A DNA stretch of 64,000 nt from an uncultured Collinsella sp. (GTDB taxonomy: Bacteria > Actinomycetota > Coriobacteriia > Coriobacteriales > Coriobacteriaceae): the NCBI GenBank assembly GCA_902496335.1, contig CABVAO010000002.1:29028-93027 (forward strand), written 5' to 3'. Below, piece after piece: positions 27,796 through 38,346 of this stretch; the stretch's first letter is position 1, and each line of letters starts with the position of its first letter. Below the pieces are notes generated by a model. That model searched no databases. It had not been told where the DNA came from and saw only the letters and a list, made by a program, of their open reading frames with translations. Both the position numbers and the translations under genes were made by a program.

Positions 27796-30700
27796 GTGAG
27801 ATTGGAGGAAGTGATGGCGCAGGGGACGTTTGTGCAGGCGCTTCGTAAGGAGGCGGCGCTTAGCAGCACCTTTATGAAGGGGCGCTCGCTCATGCTCAAC
27901 GGTGCCGTGCTGTCGTTTGAGGACTCCGGCTCGCGCTTCTCCAAAAACGTGAACATCGAGGGCACGGTGCGTGGCTCGCGCGGCGACCTGTACAAGACGC
28001 ACGTGGCGCTCGATATGGACGAGCACGAGGTTATTGACTACGACTGCGATTGCCCCGCTGCCTTCCGCTATTCCGGCATGTGCAAGCACGCCATCGCCAC
28101 GGCGTTGGCGTATCTGGATGCCAGTGGCGCCGAGCCTGTCGAGGGCCTGCGTACGCCGGTCCGCACGTTTACGGCACCGCCCGCACAATCCAAACAGTCC
28201 GCACGCCCCGCGCCTAGCGCATCTTCGGTCAACCCCAACTTTCCCTTCCCTGCGCCCGTCCCCACGAGCCCGAGCCTTGTGGCGGCGCTTTCCGATCTTT
28301 CGGACGCGCGCATGGACGAGCTCGCGGCCATGCGTCGCAAGCTCGCCGGCACCATTGACCCCGATGCGCCCAAAGCGGTGCTGGAGCCCTCGCTGGTGCC
28401 GTACTACAATCCGCTGTTTGCCGATCGCTTTAACTGGGCGCTCGAGTTTCGCATTCGCTGCGGTTCGGTGTCCTACGTGGTTAAGGATATCGACGGCATG
28501 GCCGATGCCTATGTGCGTGGTGGTACGTTCTCCTATGGCAAGAAGCTTACGTTTGCCCATGTACCCGAGGCTTTCGATGACGTGTCGACAAAGCTGCTCG
28601 ACTTTGTCGCAATGACGGTCGCCTACCTGAGCGACATCACGAGTTCGCGCTCGGCATCGTATGACTTTGCTCGCAGCGGCTTTGTTGCCGAGCGTCAGTT
28701 GCCGGTATCCGAGTATTCCATCGTGTCCGTGCTGGACCTGCTGCGCGGCAGGACCATGTCCTTTGAGCCTGCTTGGTCGCGGGGGACGACGACGCATCGC
28801 TCCTACGAGGTGGCGGTCGAGCCGTCGCCGCAGGGGGAGGGCGAAGTCCCGGCTAAGCGCCCGCCGCTCCTTGCCGCCAAGATTGCACCGGCGGCGGGAG
28901 GCAGCTACGACTTGCGCCTGCCGGCCGATACGTACTGCTTTGTCGCAGGTGACGCAGCCTATCTGGTCGATACGCGCCGCGCGCGCCGTACCGACGCGGC
29001 GTTTGCCCAACATGCGGCGCCGTTCCTATCGCACTTGTTGCCCTGCCGCACGCCGGTCCATATCGCTGCCGACCAGGTGGGTGAGTTCTGCCGCATGGCG
29101 CTGCCCATCTTGCGCGACTACACCGACCTGACCGCTCCCGCCGTACTTGACGCCGTGGCGCCCGAGCCGAGTTTTGCCATGGCGATTGGCGTCGACGATG
29201 GTCTTGTGACCTGCAAGATTACGGTGGCCTACGGCGATTGGTCGGCAGATCTCTTTAGTCTTGGTGCTCCGGGCAGTCCTTTCGAAGAGCAACGCCCCGG
29301 CGTTCCGCCCCGCGATACGGTGGCGGAGTTTCGCGTTATGGACACGGCTGCCCTGTATTTCGACTTTTACGAGGGCGGCCTGGCATTTGAGGAGCGCGAT
29401 GACGAGAGCCTGTTCCACTTGTTGACCGAGGGCCTGTCTGCTCTGTCCGAGCTGGGCGAGGTCATGCTCAGCGACCGCCTGCGCCAGATCTCGGTGCGCC
29501 CTGCGCCTAAGCTCTCGGTGCGCGCCACCGTCAAGAGCAACTTGCTCGACGTCGAGCTGGGTGCGAGCGGGCTTTCGGCGGCCGACCTTGCCATCTATCT
29601 CGATTCGTATAAGCGCCACCAGACGTTCGCGCGCCTTACGTCCGGCGACATCGTTCGCCTGGACGAGGGAGCGCGCGCCGCGTTTGGACTTGCCGAGGAC
29701 CTGGGCGTCGATGCCGTCGACCTGCTCGACGGCATGTCGCTTCCCGCGTCGAGCACCCTGTTTGTCGATAGCATGCTCGCGCGCACGCCAGCGCTTGAGG
29801 CCGATCGCGACGCTGCGTTCCTCCGTACCGTCGAGCGCCTGGACACGCTCGGCAAGATGGACTTTACGGTGCCCGCCTCGCTCAAGGCCACACTGCGTGG
29901 CTACCAGGTCGACGGCTACCAGTGGCTCGGCTCGCTTGAGCACCTGGGCCTAGGCGGCATCTTGGCCGACGATATGGGCCTGGGCAAAACGCTGCAGATG
30001 ATCGCGCACATTCTGGCGCGCGTGGAGGCGGGGGATACCAAGCCCACGCTCGTGGTATGCCCCGCGTCGCTCGTGTACAACTGGGCTGCCGAGCTGGAGC
30101 GCTTTGCCCCCTCGCTCGATGTGTGCGCCATCGTGGGCGCCAAGGCCCAGCGTCGCGTGCAAATCGCCGGCGTGGCCGAGCATAACGTGGTCGTGACGTC
30201 GTATGACCTTATGCGGCGCGATATCGACGAGTACGTCGAGCAGGACTTTGCCCGCGTGGTACTCGATGAGGCCCAGTACATTAAAAACCCGCTCACCCAG
30301 GTGGCGCGTGCCACCAAGCGCCTGCCGGCCGGCGTGCGCTTTGCCCTGACGGGCACGCCCATCGAAAACCGCCTATCCGAGCTCTGGAGCATCTTCGACT
30401 TTTTGATGCCGGGCCTACTTGGCACGCGCGAGTCGTTTGCCAAGCGCTTCGAAAGCCCGGTCGAGCATGCCGAGGGCGACAGTGCCGCCCGCCTGCAAGC
30501 GCTCGTGTCGCCGTTTGTGCTGCGCCGTGTCAAGGAAGACGTGGTGGCCGACCTGCCCGAGAAGATCGAGGATACGGTCATGGCGCAGCTTACCGGCGAG
30601 CAGCGCAAGCTCTACCTGGCCAACCAGGACCGCATCGCCCAACAGGTGCAGCACCGCGAGTCATCCGAGTTTAAGAAAGACAAGCTCAAGGTGCTCGCCG

Positions 30701-31287
30701 AGCTCACCAAGCTGCGCCAGATCTGCTGCGACCCGCGTCTGCACTACGAGGATTACAAGGCGGGGAGCGCCAAACTCGATACGTGCATGGAGCTCGTGCA
30801 CGGCGCACTCGACGGCGGGCATCGCATCCTGTTGTTCAGCCAGTTTACGGGTATGCTCGATATCATCGGTAAGCGCTTGGCCAAGGAGGACATCGACTTC
30901 TTTAAGCTCACGGGCGCTTCGTCTAAGGAGAGCCGCGCCAAGATGGTCGCGCAGTTCCAGGAGGGCGAGGTTCCGGTCTTTTTGATTTCGCTCAAGGCGG
31001 GCGGCGTGGGCCTTAACCTGACGGCTGCCGACGTGGTCATCCACTACGACCCGTGGTGGAACGTGGCGGCGCAGGACCAAGCAACTGACCGTGCACACCG
31101 TATTGGCCAGCAACATACCGTGACCGTGTACAAGCTCATCGCCAAGGACACGATCGAGGAACGCATTATGCGGATGCAGGAGTCTAAGCGCGACCTGGTC
31201 AACAGCGTACTCGGCGGCGACGGCATCTCGTCGGCACTGTTCACGCGCGAGGATGTTCTGGCGCTGCTCGGCGGCGACGGGCGTTAA
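27796..31287 (+). CDS. SWIM zinc finger / SNF2-family helicase
   Basis: CDC...CKH SWIM motif; LADDMGLGKT, DEAQ, LTGTPIEN, SLKAGGVGLNL and QATDRAHRIGQ. Start uncertain (27796 or 27814). Confidence 0.93.
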   Translation: MRLEEVMAQGTFVQALRKEAALSSTFMKGRSLMLNGAVLSFEDSGSRFSKNVNIEGTVRGSRGDLYKTHVALDMDEHEVIDYDCDCPAAFRYSGMCKHAIATALAYLDASGAEPVEGLRTPVRTFTAPPAQSKQSARPAPSASSVNPNFPFPAPVPTSPSLVAALSDLSDARMDELAAMRRKLAGTIDPDAPKAVLEPSLVPYYNPLFADRFNWALEFRIRCGSVSYVVKDIDGMADAYVRGGTFSYGKKLTFAHVPEAFDDVSTKLLDFVAMTVAYLSDITSSRSASYDFARSGFVAERQLPVSEYSIVSVLDLLRGRTMSFEPAWSRGTTTHRSYEVAVEPSPQGEGEVPAKRPPLLAAKIAPAAGGSYDLRLPADTYCFVAGDAAYLVDTRRARRTDAAFAQHAAPFLSHLLPCRTPVHIAADQVGEFCRMALPILRDYTDLTAPAVLDAVAPEPSFAMAIGVDDGLVTCKITVAYGDWSADLFSLGAPGSPFEEQRPGVPPRDTVAEFRVMDTAALYFDFYEGGLAFEERDDESLFHLLTEGLSALSELGEVMLSDRLRQISVRPAPKLSVRATVKSNLLDVELGASGLSAADLAIYLDSYKRHQTFARLTSGDIVRLDEGARAAFGLAEDLGVDAVDLLDGMSLPASSTLFVDSMLARTPALEADRDAAFLRTVERLDTLGKMDFTVPASLKATLRGYQVDGYQWLGSLEHLGLGGILADDMGLGKTLQMIAHILARVEAGDTKPTLVVCPASLVYNWAAELERFAPSLDVCAIVGAKAQRRVQIAGVAEHNVVVTSYDLMRRDIDEYVEQDFARVVLDEAQYIKNPLTQVARATKRLPAGVRFALTGTPIENRLSELWSIFDFLMPGLLGTRESFAKRFESPVEHAEGDSAARLQALVSPFVLRRVKEDVVADLPEKIEDTVMAQLTGEQRKLYLANQDRIAQQVQHRESSEFKKDKLKVLAELTKLRQICCDPRLHYEDYKAGSAKLDTCMELVHGALDGGHRILLFSQFTGMLDIIGKRLAKEDIDFFKLTGASSKESRAKMVAQFQEGEVPVFLISLKAGGVGLNLTAADVVIHYDPWWNVAAQDQATDRAHRIGQQHTVTVYKLIAKDTIEERIMRMQESKRDLVNSVLGGDGISSALFTREDVLALLGGDGR

Positions 31288-31437
31288 CCCGCTCGGGTGA
31301 GGCCGCCAGGGCGGATAGCCCGCGCTGTCCCATCGTCCCCGCTCGTTATGTGTTCATTTGCAATGCCGTGGATGGTTTGTCTGCCTTTGGGCATAAGAAC
31401 CATCAAGAACATTGGCACATCAGCAAAGGAGAACATC

Positions 31438-31800
31438 ATGGCGAAATTCTTTAAGGACCCCGACGGCAAGCTCATCGCTGCCCTTGGCGACGACGTTGCG
31501 ACCCCTGCCGGTTGCACGGAGCTGACCGCAAACACTGAGGACGCGGCGCATGAGAAGCACGTGCCTGTTGTCGAGACCGAGCGCGACGGTCACGTGATTC
31601 GCGCCCGAGTTGGCTCGGTCGAGCACCCCAGCCTGCCCGAGCACTACATTGAGTGGATCGCCCTTGAGGCCGAGGGCCGCTTAGAGGTCCATTACCTTGA
31701 GCCCGGCATGAAACCCGCGACGTTTTTCGCGGGCGGCTCCAAGACCGGTACCGTCTATGCCTACTGCAACCTGCACGGGCTGTGGTCCGCGACATTCTAG
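31438..31800 (+). CDS. Superoxide reductase (desulfoferrodoxin family)
   Basis: EKHVP, HP...HYIEWI and YCNLHGLW centre-II ligands; AAAGGAG RBS. Confidence 0.9.
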   Translation: MAKFFKDPDGKLIAALGDDVATPAGCTELTANTEDAAHEKHVPVVETERDGHVIRARVGSVEHPSLPEHYIEWIALEAEGRLEVHYLEPGMKPATFFAGGSKTGTVYAYCNLHGLWSATF

Positions 31801-31917
31801 GAGCGCGCCCCCGCTCGGGGTATCATAGCTAGCATATGCACATGCAAGCGCCGGCTGCATTATGCGGCCGGCGCTTTTACTACGATTTCGATGGTTTACG
31901 ACGGAAAGGGCTGGGCC

Positions 31918-33903
31918 ATGAAGCTCGCGCTTGCACAGATCGATATGCGCCTGGGTGATATTGAGGGCATTTGCGGCCGCATTGAGGACCAGGCTCGTCT
32001 GGCCCACGAGCGCGGGGCGCGCGTGCTGTGCGTTCCGGCTCCGCTCTTTATGGGCGCCATGCCCGGTGGCCTGGTGGGCGCTGCCGACTTTGAGCACGAC
32101 ATGCTTGCCGGCTTGACTGGTGTCGCCGAGCGTATCCAGGAGCTTGACATGATCTGCATCGTGCCCGCGGCGGTTTCGTTTGAGGGCCAACCGCTGCTCG
32201 ACTACATGATGCTCAAGGACGGTCATGTGGTGCCGGCGCGTTCGAGCATTGCCTTGCAGCGTGGCGAGAACAACGACACGCGTTGGGCGCCGCCAGTGTT
32301 CGACGTGGACGGCGTGCGCATCGCCGTAATTTTTGACTTGGACCGCGAACTCGAGATGTTGCCGACCGGTGTTGACCTCATTGCGTATTTCCAATTCAAC
32401 GCGTTTGACATGACCGACCGCGAGACTGTTGCCATTGCCGCCGTTCGCAGCGGCGCCTACCGCAAGGTCGCCTCCAAGCGCAGCGTGTGGTTTGCCTGCA
32501 TGGCGCCGGTCGGTGCCTATGACGAGTCGGTGTATACCGGCGGTTCGTTTGTGCTCGACGACTGCGGTCGCGTGGTGGCCCAGGCGCCGTGCTTTGAGGA
32601 GAGCCTGCTGGTTCAGGAGATTCAGCGCGGCGTGATGCTCGATGCCCTGGAGGATCACGAACTGCCCGAGTTCCGTTCCGAGGAGTGGCTGTGGCAGGCG
32701 CTGGTGCTCGCCGTGCGCGACAACGCCCGAGCCCACGGTGCGTCGCGTGCTGTGGTGGCACTCGAGGGTGACTTGCCGTCGTCCCTGCTGGCGGCGCTGG
32801 CCGTCGACGCTCTGGGCCCGCGCAATGTGATTGGCCTGGTGCTGGGGCGCAACCGTATCTTTACGCCGGCGCAGGAAGAAGCCGAGGCTGCCCGCTGTGC
32901 CGCCGTCCGCGCCATCGCCGAGCGTCTGCACATTCGCACCGTCGAGCGCGATGCACCGGATGCGGCGCGCGTGCTCGATCGCGACGTGTCGGCGGGCGAT
33001 GCCGAGCGCCTGCGCTCGCGCACGCTGGGCCTGATGCTGGAGGATACGGCGCTCGAGCTGGGTGCGATGGCGCTGAGCCCGCTGTCCAAAACCGAGTACG
33101 CGCTGGCGGCGCCGGCGCTTTGCGGCGGCTACCAGGGCGACTTTGCGCCCTTTGGCGATGTGTACCTGTCGACGCTTGAGTTTGTGGCGCGTGTGCGCAA
33201 CCGCACGTCTGCCGTGGTGCCCCAAGAGCTCGTGACGCTCAACGCAGTGGAAGATTGTATGGAGCGCGTGCTGGCGCAGGCGCTCTCGACGCTCGACGGT
33301 CCGGTCGATATGCTCGACCGTGCGGCACAGCTGCTCGGCGGGCTTGAGCCGGGTGAGGTCGATGGCGCGCTCGAGGCGCACGTGGACCGCAATCGATCTT
33401 TCGACGACATCCCGATGGCCGCTGGCAAGCCTGAGGCCTGCTCGCTGCTGCTGATGCTCGTTCGACAGGGTGAGGCTGCCCGCCGCATGTTGCCGATGGC
33501 GCCGATCGTCTCGGCCCGTTCGTTTGCCGAGCGTGCCTGGCCGTATATGCTCGCGTGGTCCGACCTGGGGCTTAACGGCAAGGAGCGTATGACGGTCGAT
33601 TCGCTGGCGCGCGCCGAGGTGCGCCGTTTTGCTGACGAGGATACGAGCGAGCGCGTGCGAAACGAGATGATGGGCGTGCTGGGCGAGCTACTGGGTATTT
33701 CGCCCGAGCAAATGGAGGAGCTGCGCTCTGAGGACGGTCAGCGTCGTTTACACGAGGGAATGAAAAAGTTCGAGGGCGAGGTTCAGGACGCCATCGATAA
33801 GATGATGGGCGGCCAGGGTGGCCCGCAGGGTGGGCCCCAGGGTGGCCCGATGCCGCATCCGCCGGTTGATCCCCGACAATTTCCGTTCTTCTCTCAGAAC
33901 TAG
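31918..33903 (+). CDS. Glutamine-dependent NAD synthetase-like protein (nitrilase fold + NAD synthase fold) with degenerate catalytic motifs
   Basis: MKLALAQ..GD N-terminus, YTGGSFV..G.VVAQAPCFEE, ALVLAVRD, ALAVDALG..NV and GDFAPFGDVY. Canonical catalytic residues are substituted. Confidence 0.75.
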   Translation: MKLALAQIDMRLGDIEGICGRIEDQARLAHERGARVLCVPAPLFMGAMPGGLVGAADFEHDMLAGLTGVAERIQELDMICIVPAAVSFEGQPLLDYMMLKDGHVVPARSSIALQRGENNDTRWAPPVFDVDGVRIAVIFDLDRELEMLPTGVDLIAYFQFNAFDMTDRETVAIAAVRSGAYRKVASKRSVWFACMAPVGAYDESVYTGGSFVLDDCGRVVAQAPCFEESLLVQEIQRGVMLDALEDHELPEFRSEEWLWQALVLAVRDNARAHGASRAVVALEGDLPSSLLAALAVDALGPRNVIGLVLGRNRIFTPAQEEAEAARCAAVRAIAERLHIRTVERDAPDAARVLDRDVSAGDAERLRSRTLGLMLEDTALELGAMALSPLSKTEYALAAPALCGGYQGDFAPFGDVYLSTLEFVARVRNRTSAVVPQELVTLNAVEDCMERVLAQALSTLDGPVDMLDRAAQLLGGLEPGEVDGALEAHVDRNRSFDDIPMAAGKPEACSLLLMLVRQGEAARRMLPMAPIVSARSFAERAWPYMLAWSDLGLNGKERMTVDSLARAEVRRFADEDTSERVRNEMMGVLGELLGISPEQMEELRSEDGQRRLHEGMKKFEGEVQDAIDKMMGGQGGPQGGPQGGPMPHPPVDPRQFPFFSQN

Positions 33904-34077
33904 GTCGCTGCGCGCCCGCCAGAGCGGCAATCTGCCTTTCAATCGTCGGACATGACCGCCAGGTCAATGCCCTCCTCTTTCAAGGCACCTTGCTCGCTCT
34001 GGCGGGCGCTCGCTTGCGTATACTCAACCTACAATTCGATCTCGGCTGACTTATAGGGCTAGCGTTGTGTTATTCTA

Positions 34078-34089
34078 GAACAGACGTTC
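34078..34089. promoter_or_regulatory. LexA (SOS/Cheo) box upstream of ruvCAB
   Basis: GAAC-AGAC-GTTC matches the Gram-positive GAAC-N4-GTTC consensus, about 57 bp before ruvC. Confidence 0.75.
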
Positions 34090-34145
34090 GTGAATGATGC
34101 GCGGGGCCTTGTCTTGCGCTGTGCTTGTGGCGAGGGGAGGTCGGC

Positions 34146-34667
34146 TTGGTTATCTTGGGCATTGACCCCGGTTTGGCTCATACGGGTTGGGGGATTATCG
34201 AGGAGCGGCGTGGCGAGGTTCGCTGCCGTGCCTATGGCTGCATCGAGACCAGTGCCGGAAGTCCGCTCGCGGTGCGCCTGTCGCATATCGCCCATGACCT
34301 TAAGGATGTCGTTGAGCGTTATCGACCCGACACGGCTGCTGTCGAGAGCATCTACTTTGGCGCCAACGTTCGTTCGGCCATCCCCACGGCGCATGCCCGC
34401 GGTGCTGCACTCGTCGCACTTTCGGAATGCGCGCTCGAGATTGGCGAGTACACGCCCATGCAGATCAAACAGGCCGTGGTGGGCACTGGCGCCGCGGACA
34501 AGCGGCAGGTCGCCTACATGGTACGCACACTCACACAGCTCGATCACGACCCGCATCCCGACCATGCCGCCGATGCCCTGGCCTGCGCCATCTGCCACGT
34601 AAACCTCAGCCGCACCCGCGCCCTCACCGGTGGCGAGTTCTATCAACAGAGAGGAACCGGATACTGA
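34146..34667 (+). CDS. ruvC: Holliday junction resolvase
   Basis: ILGIDPG..TGWG, AVE..F, IKQAVVGTGAADKRQV and DHAADALA; TTG start with GGGAGG RBS. Confidence 0.95.
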   Translation: MVILGIDPGLAHTGWGIIEERRGEVRCRAYGCIETSAGSPLAVRLSHIAHDLKDVVERYRPDTAAVESIYFGANVRSAIPTAHARGAALVALSECALEIGEYTPMQIKQAVVGTGAADKRQVAYMVRTLTQLDHDPHPDHAADALACAICHVNLSRTRALTGGEFYQQRGTGY

Positions 34668-35287
34668 TGATTTCCCAGCTCCACGGAACGCTTGTCGAGG
34701 CCACGATGAGCTCTGCTGTCGTCGATGTGTCGGGCGTTGGCTTTGAGCTCGGCATCTCGGGCAGCACTGCGGCCACGTTGCCGACGCCCGGCGGCGAGGT
34801 CCGCCTCTACACGCGTATGCAGGTGCGCGAGGACGCCATGACACTTTTCGGTTTTTCCTCAAAGGATGAGCGCACGATGTTCGACCGGCTCGTGTCCGTT
34901 TCGGGCGTTGGCCCGCGCCTGGCGCTCGCCGTGCTTTCCACCTATACCGTGGGGCAGCTGTATTCGCTGGTGATGGCCGAGGACGACAAGGGCATGGCCA
35001 AGGTACCCGGTGTGGGCAAAAAGACAGCTCAGCGCCTGATCCTGGAACTCAAGAGCACCTTTGCCAAGGATAAGGGCTTTGTGCCGGTCGACGTGATTCC
35101 CGGCCAGGTTGCGATGCCGGTTCCCGCCGCCGCTCCTTCGGCGATCGATGATGCCCGTGCGGCGCTCCTTTCCATGGGCTTTAGCCTGCAGGAGACCGAT
35201 GTTGCCCTGAGCGGGTATGATGGGCAGAATATGCGTGTCGAGGATCTGCTCGGCGCGGCGCTTAAGCGACTCGGAATGGATGCGTGA
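34667..35287 (+). CDS. ruvA: Holliday junction branch migration protein
   Basis: [28 protein letters not shown] and [16 protein letters not shown] overlap with ruvC. Confidence 0.96.
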   Translation: MISQLHGTLVEATMSSAVVDVSGVGFELGISGSTAATLPTPGGEVRLYTRMQVREDAMTLFGFSSKDERTMFDRLVSVSGVGPRLALAVLSTYTVGQLYSLVMAEDDKGMAKVPGVGKKTAQRLILELKSTFAKDKGFVPVDVIPGQVAMPVPAAAPSAIDDARAALLSMGFSLQETDVALSGYDGQNMRVEDLLGAALKRLGMDA

Positions 35288-36354
35288 TGTGGGAAGCCGA
35301 TGACTCTCAGGACCTGTGGGCGACGCCCGGCAACTCGCCGGCGGCATCCATGGCGCACGGCGAGCGCATGGTGGGCTCGGAGCTGACGGCCGAGGACCTC
35401 GATGTCGACCGCACTTTGCGCCCCCAGCGCCTGGACGATTACTGTGGTCAGGAGCACATCAAGCAGAGCCTGCGCGTGTTGATCGAAGCGGCGCAGAGCC
35501 GTGGCGAGACGCTCGACCACGTGATCTTCTCGGGTCCTCCGGGCCTGGGCAAGACCACGCTGGCCACCGTTATCGCCAACGAGCTGGGCGCTCAGATCAA
35601 GACCACGAGTGGCCCTGCCATCGCGCGCACGGGCGACCTGGCGGCCATCCTTACTAACTTGCAGCCGGGTGATGTGCTGTTTATCGACGAGATCCACCGC
35701 CTCAACCGTTCGGTCGAGGAGGTCCTGTACCCCGCGATGGAGGACTTTGCCCTCGATATCGTGATTGGCAAGGGTCCGGCGGCGCGCTCGATTCGCCTGG
35801 ATATTCCCAAGTTTACGCTGGTAGCGGCAACGACCCGCTCAGGCATGTTGACCGGCCCGTTGCGCGACCGCTTTGGCATTTCGTATCGCCTGGATTACTA
35901 CACGGTCGAGGAGCTCGCGCAGATTGTGACGCGCTCGGCGACTATCCTGGGCGTGACGATCGACCATCCCAGTGCACTCGAGATCGGCTCGCGTTCGCGC
36001 GGCACGCCACGTCTTGCCAACCGCCTTCTCAAGCGCGTGCGCGATTACGTACAGGTGCGTGGCAGCGGCCCTATCGAGCTCGATATCTGCCGCCAGGCGC
36101 TCGAGTTCTTCGAGATCGACGAGCTCGGTCTGGACTGGATGGATATTCGTATCTTGGAGACGCTTGCCAAGACGTTCTCCGGCCGTGCTGTAGGCCTGAC
36201 GACCCTTGCCAGTGCGGTGGGCGAGGACCCGGGCACGCTCGAGGATGTCTATGAGCCCTATTTGCTGCAGTGCGGGTTGATGATTCGTACGCCGCAGGGC
36301 CGTCAGGCAACCCTTCGCACCTTTGAGCACCTGGGGATTGAACCTACCGTTTAG
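35287..36354 (+). CDS. ruvB: Holliday junction branch migration helicase
   Basis: [33 protein letters not shown] and EPYL...RTPQGR. Confidence 0.97.
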   Translation: MWEADDSQDLWATPGNSPAASMAHGERMVGSELTAEDLDVDRTLRPQRLDDYCGQEHIKQSLRVLIEAAQSRGETLDHVIFSGPPGLGKTTLATVIANELGAQIKTTSGPAIARTGDLAAILTNLQPGDVLFIDEIHRLNRSVEEVLYPAMEDFALDIVIGKGPAARSIRLDIPKFTLVAATTRSGMLTGPLRDRFGISYRLDYYTVEELAQIVTRSATILGVTIDHPSALEIGSRSRGTPRLANRLLKRVRDYVQVRGSGPIELDICRQALEFFEIDELGLDWMDIRILETLAKTFSGRAVGLTTLASAVGEDPGTLEDVYEPYLLQCGLMIRTPQGRQATLRTFEHLGIEPTV

Positions 36355-36498
36355 GGCGCTTTGTTTTGGCGGGCTGTTGGGCTATCGCTGGGCATCGGGT
36401 AAACATATCGCCGTTCATCGGTTATGGGCGTTTTACTATTGCGCGCCCGTGCTATGCTGAATTGGTCTTTTTCTCATTCGGTAACGAAAGGACCGCCC

Positions 36499-38166
36499 AT
36501 GCCTACTGACATCGAAATCGCACGTTCTGTCACGCCACTGCCTATTACCGAGGTGGCCAAGAACGCCGGCGTCGACGTTAAGCACCTTATTCCGTACGGC
36601 TTCGACAAGGCTAAGGTCGACTATTCACTGCTCAACGAGCCGACTGATCACCAGGCCAAGCTCGTCCTCGTGACCGCTATCAACCCAACGCCCGCGGGCG
36701 AGGGCAAGACCACCACGACCATCGGTCTGGCCGACGGCCTGCGTCGTCGCGGCGTCAAGAGTGCCGTTGCCCTGCGCGAGCCTTCGCTCGGCCCCGTCTT
36801 TGGCGTTAAGGGCGGTGCTGCCGGCGGCGGCTGGGCTCAGGTCATCCCCATGGAGGATATCAACCTGCACTTTACCGGCGACTTCCACGCTATCGGTGCC
36901 GCCAATAACCTGCTGGCCGCCATGCTTGATAACCACATCCAGCAGGGCAATCAGCTCGGTATTGACGTTAAACGCATCACTTGGAAGCGCGTCGTCGATA
37001 TGAACGACCGTCAGCTGCGCCACGTCATCGACGGCATTGGCGGTAAGGCCCAGGGCGTGCCGCGCGAGGACGGCTTCGATATCACCGTCGCCTCCGAGGT
37101 CATGGCAATCCTGTGCCTGTCCACGAGCATCAACGATCTTAAGGAGCGCTTGGGCGAGATCGTTGTCGGCTACAGCTATGCCGGCGAGCCCGTCCGTGCC
37201 CGCGACCTCAAGGCCCAGGGTGCCATGGCCGCGTTGCTTAAAGACGCGCTCAAGCCCAATCTGGTGCAAACGCTCGAGGGCACGCCCGCGTTTGTCCACG
37301 GCGGTCCCTTCGCCAACATTGCTCACGGCTGCAACTCTATCATGGCCACGCGTATGGCGATGCGCTTTGGCGATGTTGCCATTACCGAGGCCGGCTTTGG
37401 CGCCGACCTGGGTGCCGAGAAGTTCCTCGATATCAAGTGCCGCATGACGGGCGTTCGCCCCAGCGCCGTCGTGATCGTCGCTACCGCTCGTGCGCTTAAG
37501 TACAACGGTGGCGTCGCCAAGGCCGATCTCAACGAGGAGAACCTCGAGGCACTCAAGGCTGGCATGCCCAACCTGTTGCGTCACGTCGACAACATCCAGA
37601 ACGTATATGGTCTGCCCTGCGTGGTCGCCATCAATCGCTTCCCGACGGACACCGAGGCCGAGCTTGCTCTCATCGAGTCCGAGTGCCAGAAGCTCGGCGT
37701 CAACGTTAAGCTTTCCGAGGTCTGGGCCAAGGGCGGCGAGGGCGCGCTCGAGCTTGCCGATGAGGTCATGCGTCTGATTGAGCAGCCGAGCGAGCTCAAG
37801 TTTGCCTATGAGGACGGCGCTGATGTCGCTGATGCCCTCGAGGCCGTTGCCACCAAGGTCTACCGCGCCGACGGCGTTGACTTTACGCCGGCCGCCAAGC
37901 GCCAGCTCGCCGAGCTGCGCGAGAATGGCTTTGGCAACCTGCCGGTGTGCGTCGCCAAGACGCAGTACAGCTTTAGCGACAACGCCAAGGCCCTGGGCGC
38001 TCCCGAGAACTTCCGCATCACCGTGCGTGAGCTCAAGGTTTCTGCCGGCGCCCACTTTGTGGTCGCGCTGACCGGCAGTGTTCTGACCATGCCTGGTCTG
38101 CCCAAGGTGCCCGCGGCCGAAAACATCGACGTCGACAACGACGGCGACATCACCGGCCTGTTCTAA
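36499..38166 (+). CDS. fhs: Formate--tetrahydrofolate ligase
   Basis: [55 protein letters not shown] and TMPGLP. Confidence 0.97.
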   Translation: MPTDIEIARSVTPLPITEVAKNAGVDVKHLIPYGFDKAKVDYSLLNEPTDHQAKLVLVTAINPTPAGEGKTTTTIGLADGLRRRGVKSAVALREPSLGPVFGVKGGAAGGGWAQVIPMEDINLHFTGDFHAIGAANNLLAAMLDNHIQQGNQLGIDVKRITWKRVVDMNDRQLRHVIDGIGGKAQGVPREDGFDITVASEVMAILCLSTSINDLKERLGEIVVGYSYAGEPVRARDLKAQGAMAALLKDALKPNLVQTLEGTPAFVHGGPFANIAHGCNSIMATRMAMRFGDVAITEAGFGADLGAEKFLDIKCRMTGVRPSAVVIVATARALKYNGGVAKADLNEENLEALKAGMPNLLRHVDNIQNVYGLPCVVAINRFPTDTEAELALIESECQKLGVNVKLSEVWAKGGEGALELADEVMRLIEQPSELKFAYEDGADVADALEAVATKVYRADGVDFTPAAKRQLAELRENGFGNLPVCVAKTQYSFSDNAKALGAPENFRITVRELKVSAGAHFVVALTGSVLTMPGLPKVPAAENIDVDNDGDITGLF

Positions 38167-38191
38167 GCCTGCTGTCCATAGCTGCTAGCCC

Positions 38192-38228
38192 GCCCCGTCG
38201 CGCCTACCAAGGCTCGGCGGGGCTTTTT
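38192..38228 (+). terminator. Intrinsic terminator after fhs
   Basis: GCCCCGTCG / CGGCGGGGC stem followed by TTTTT. Confidence 0.7.
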
Positions 38229-38346
38229 GATCCTTAGGCACGCGCATGTCTTGTAGATACCGGCGGGCTTTGCCCATCATAGGCTTTTGCGCGGGTAGAA
38301 TGCATGGATAACTTGATGCTTGCAGGCGACGGAAAGGAAACGTTGC

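Noticed and set aside
16850..31287. Nuclease + helicase + SNF2 cluster as a novel defence island
   Set aside because: Best explained as core AddAB, DnaE and SWIM-SNF2 genes with host-like composition.
36355..36498. ZTP (pfl) riboswitch upstream of fhs
   Set aside because: Only a CGCTGGGCA fragment resembles the 3' motif; the conserved 5' elements were not found.
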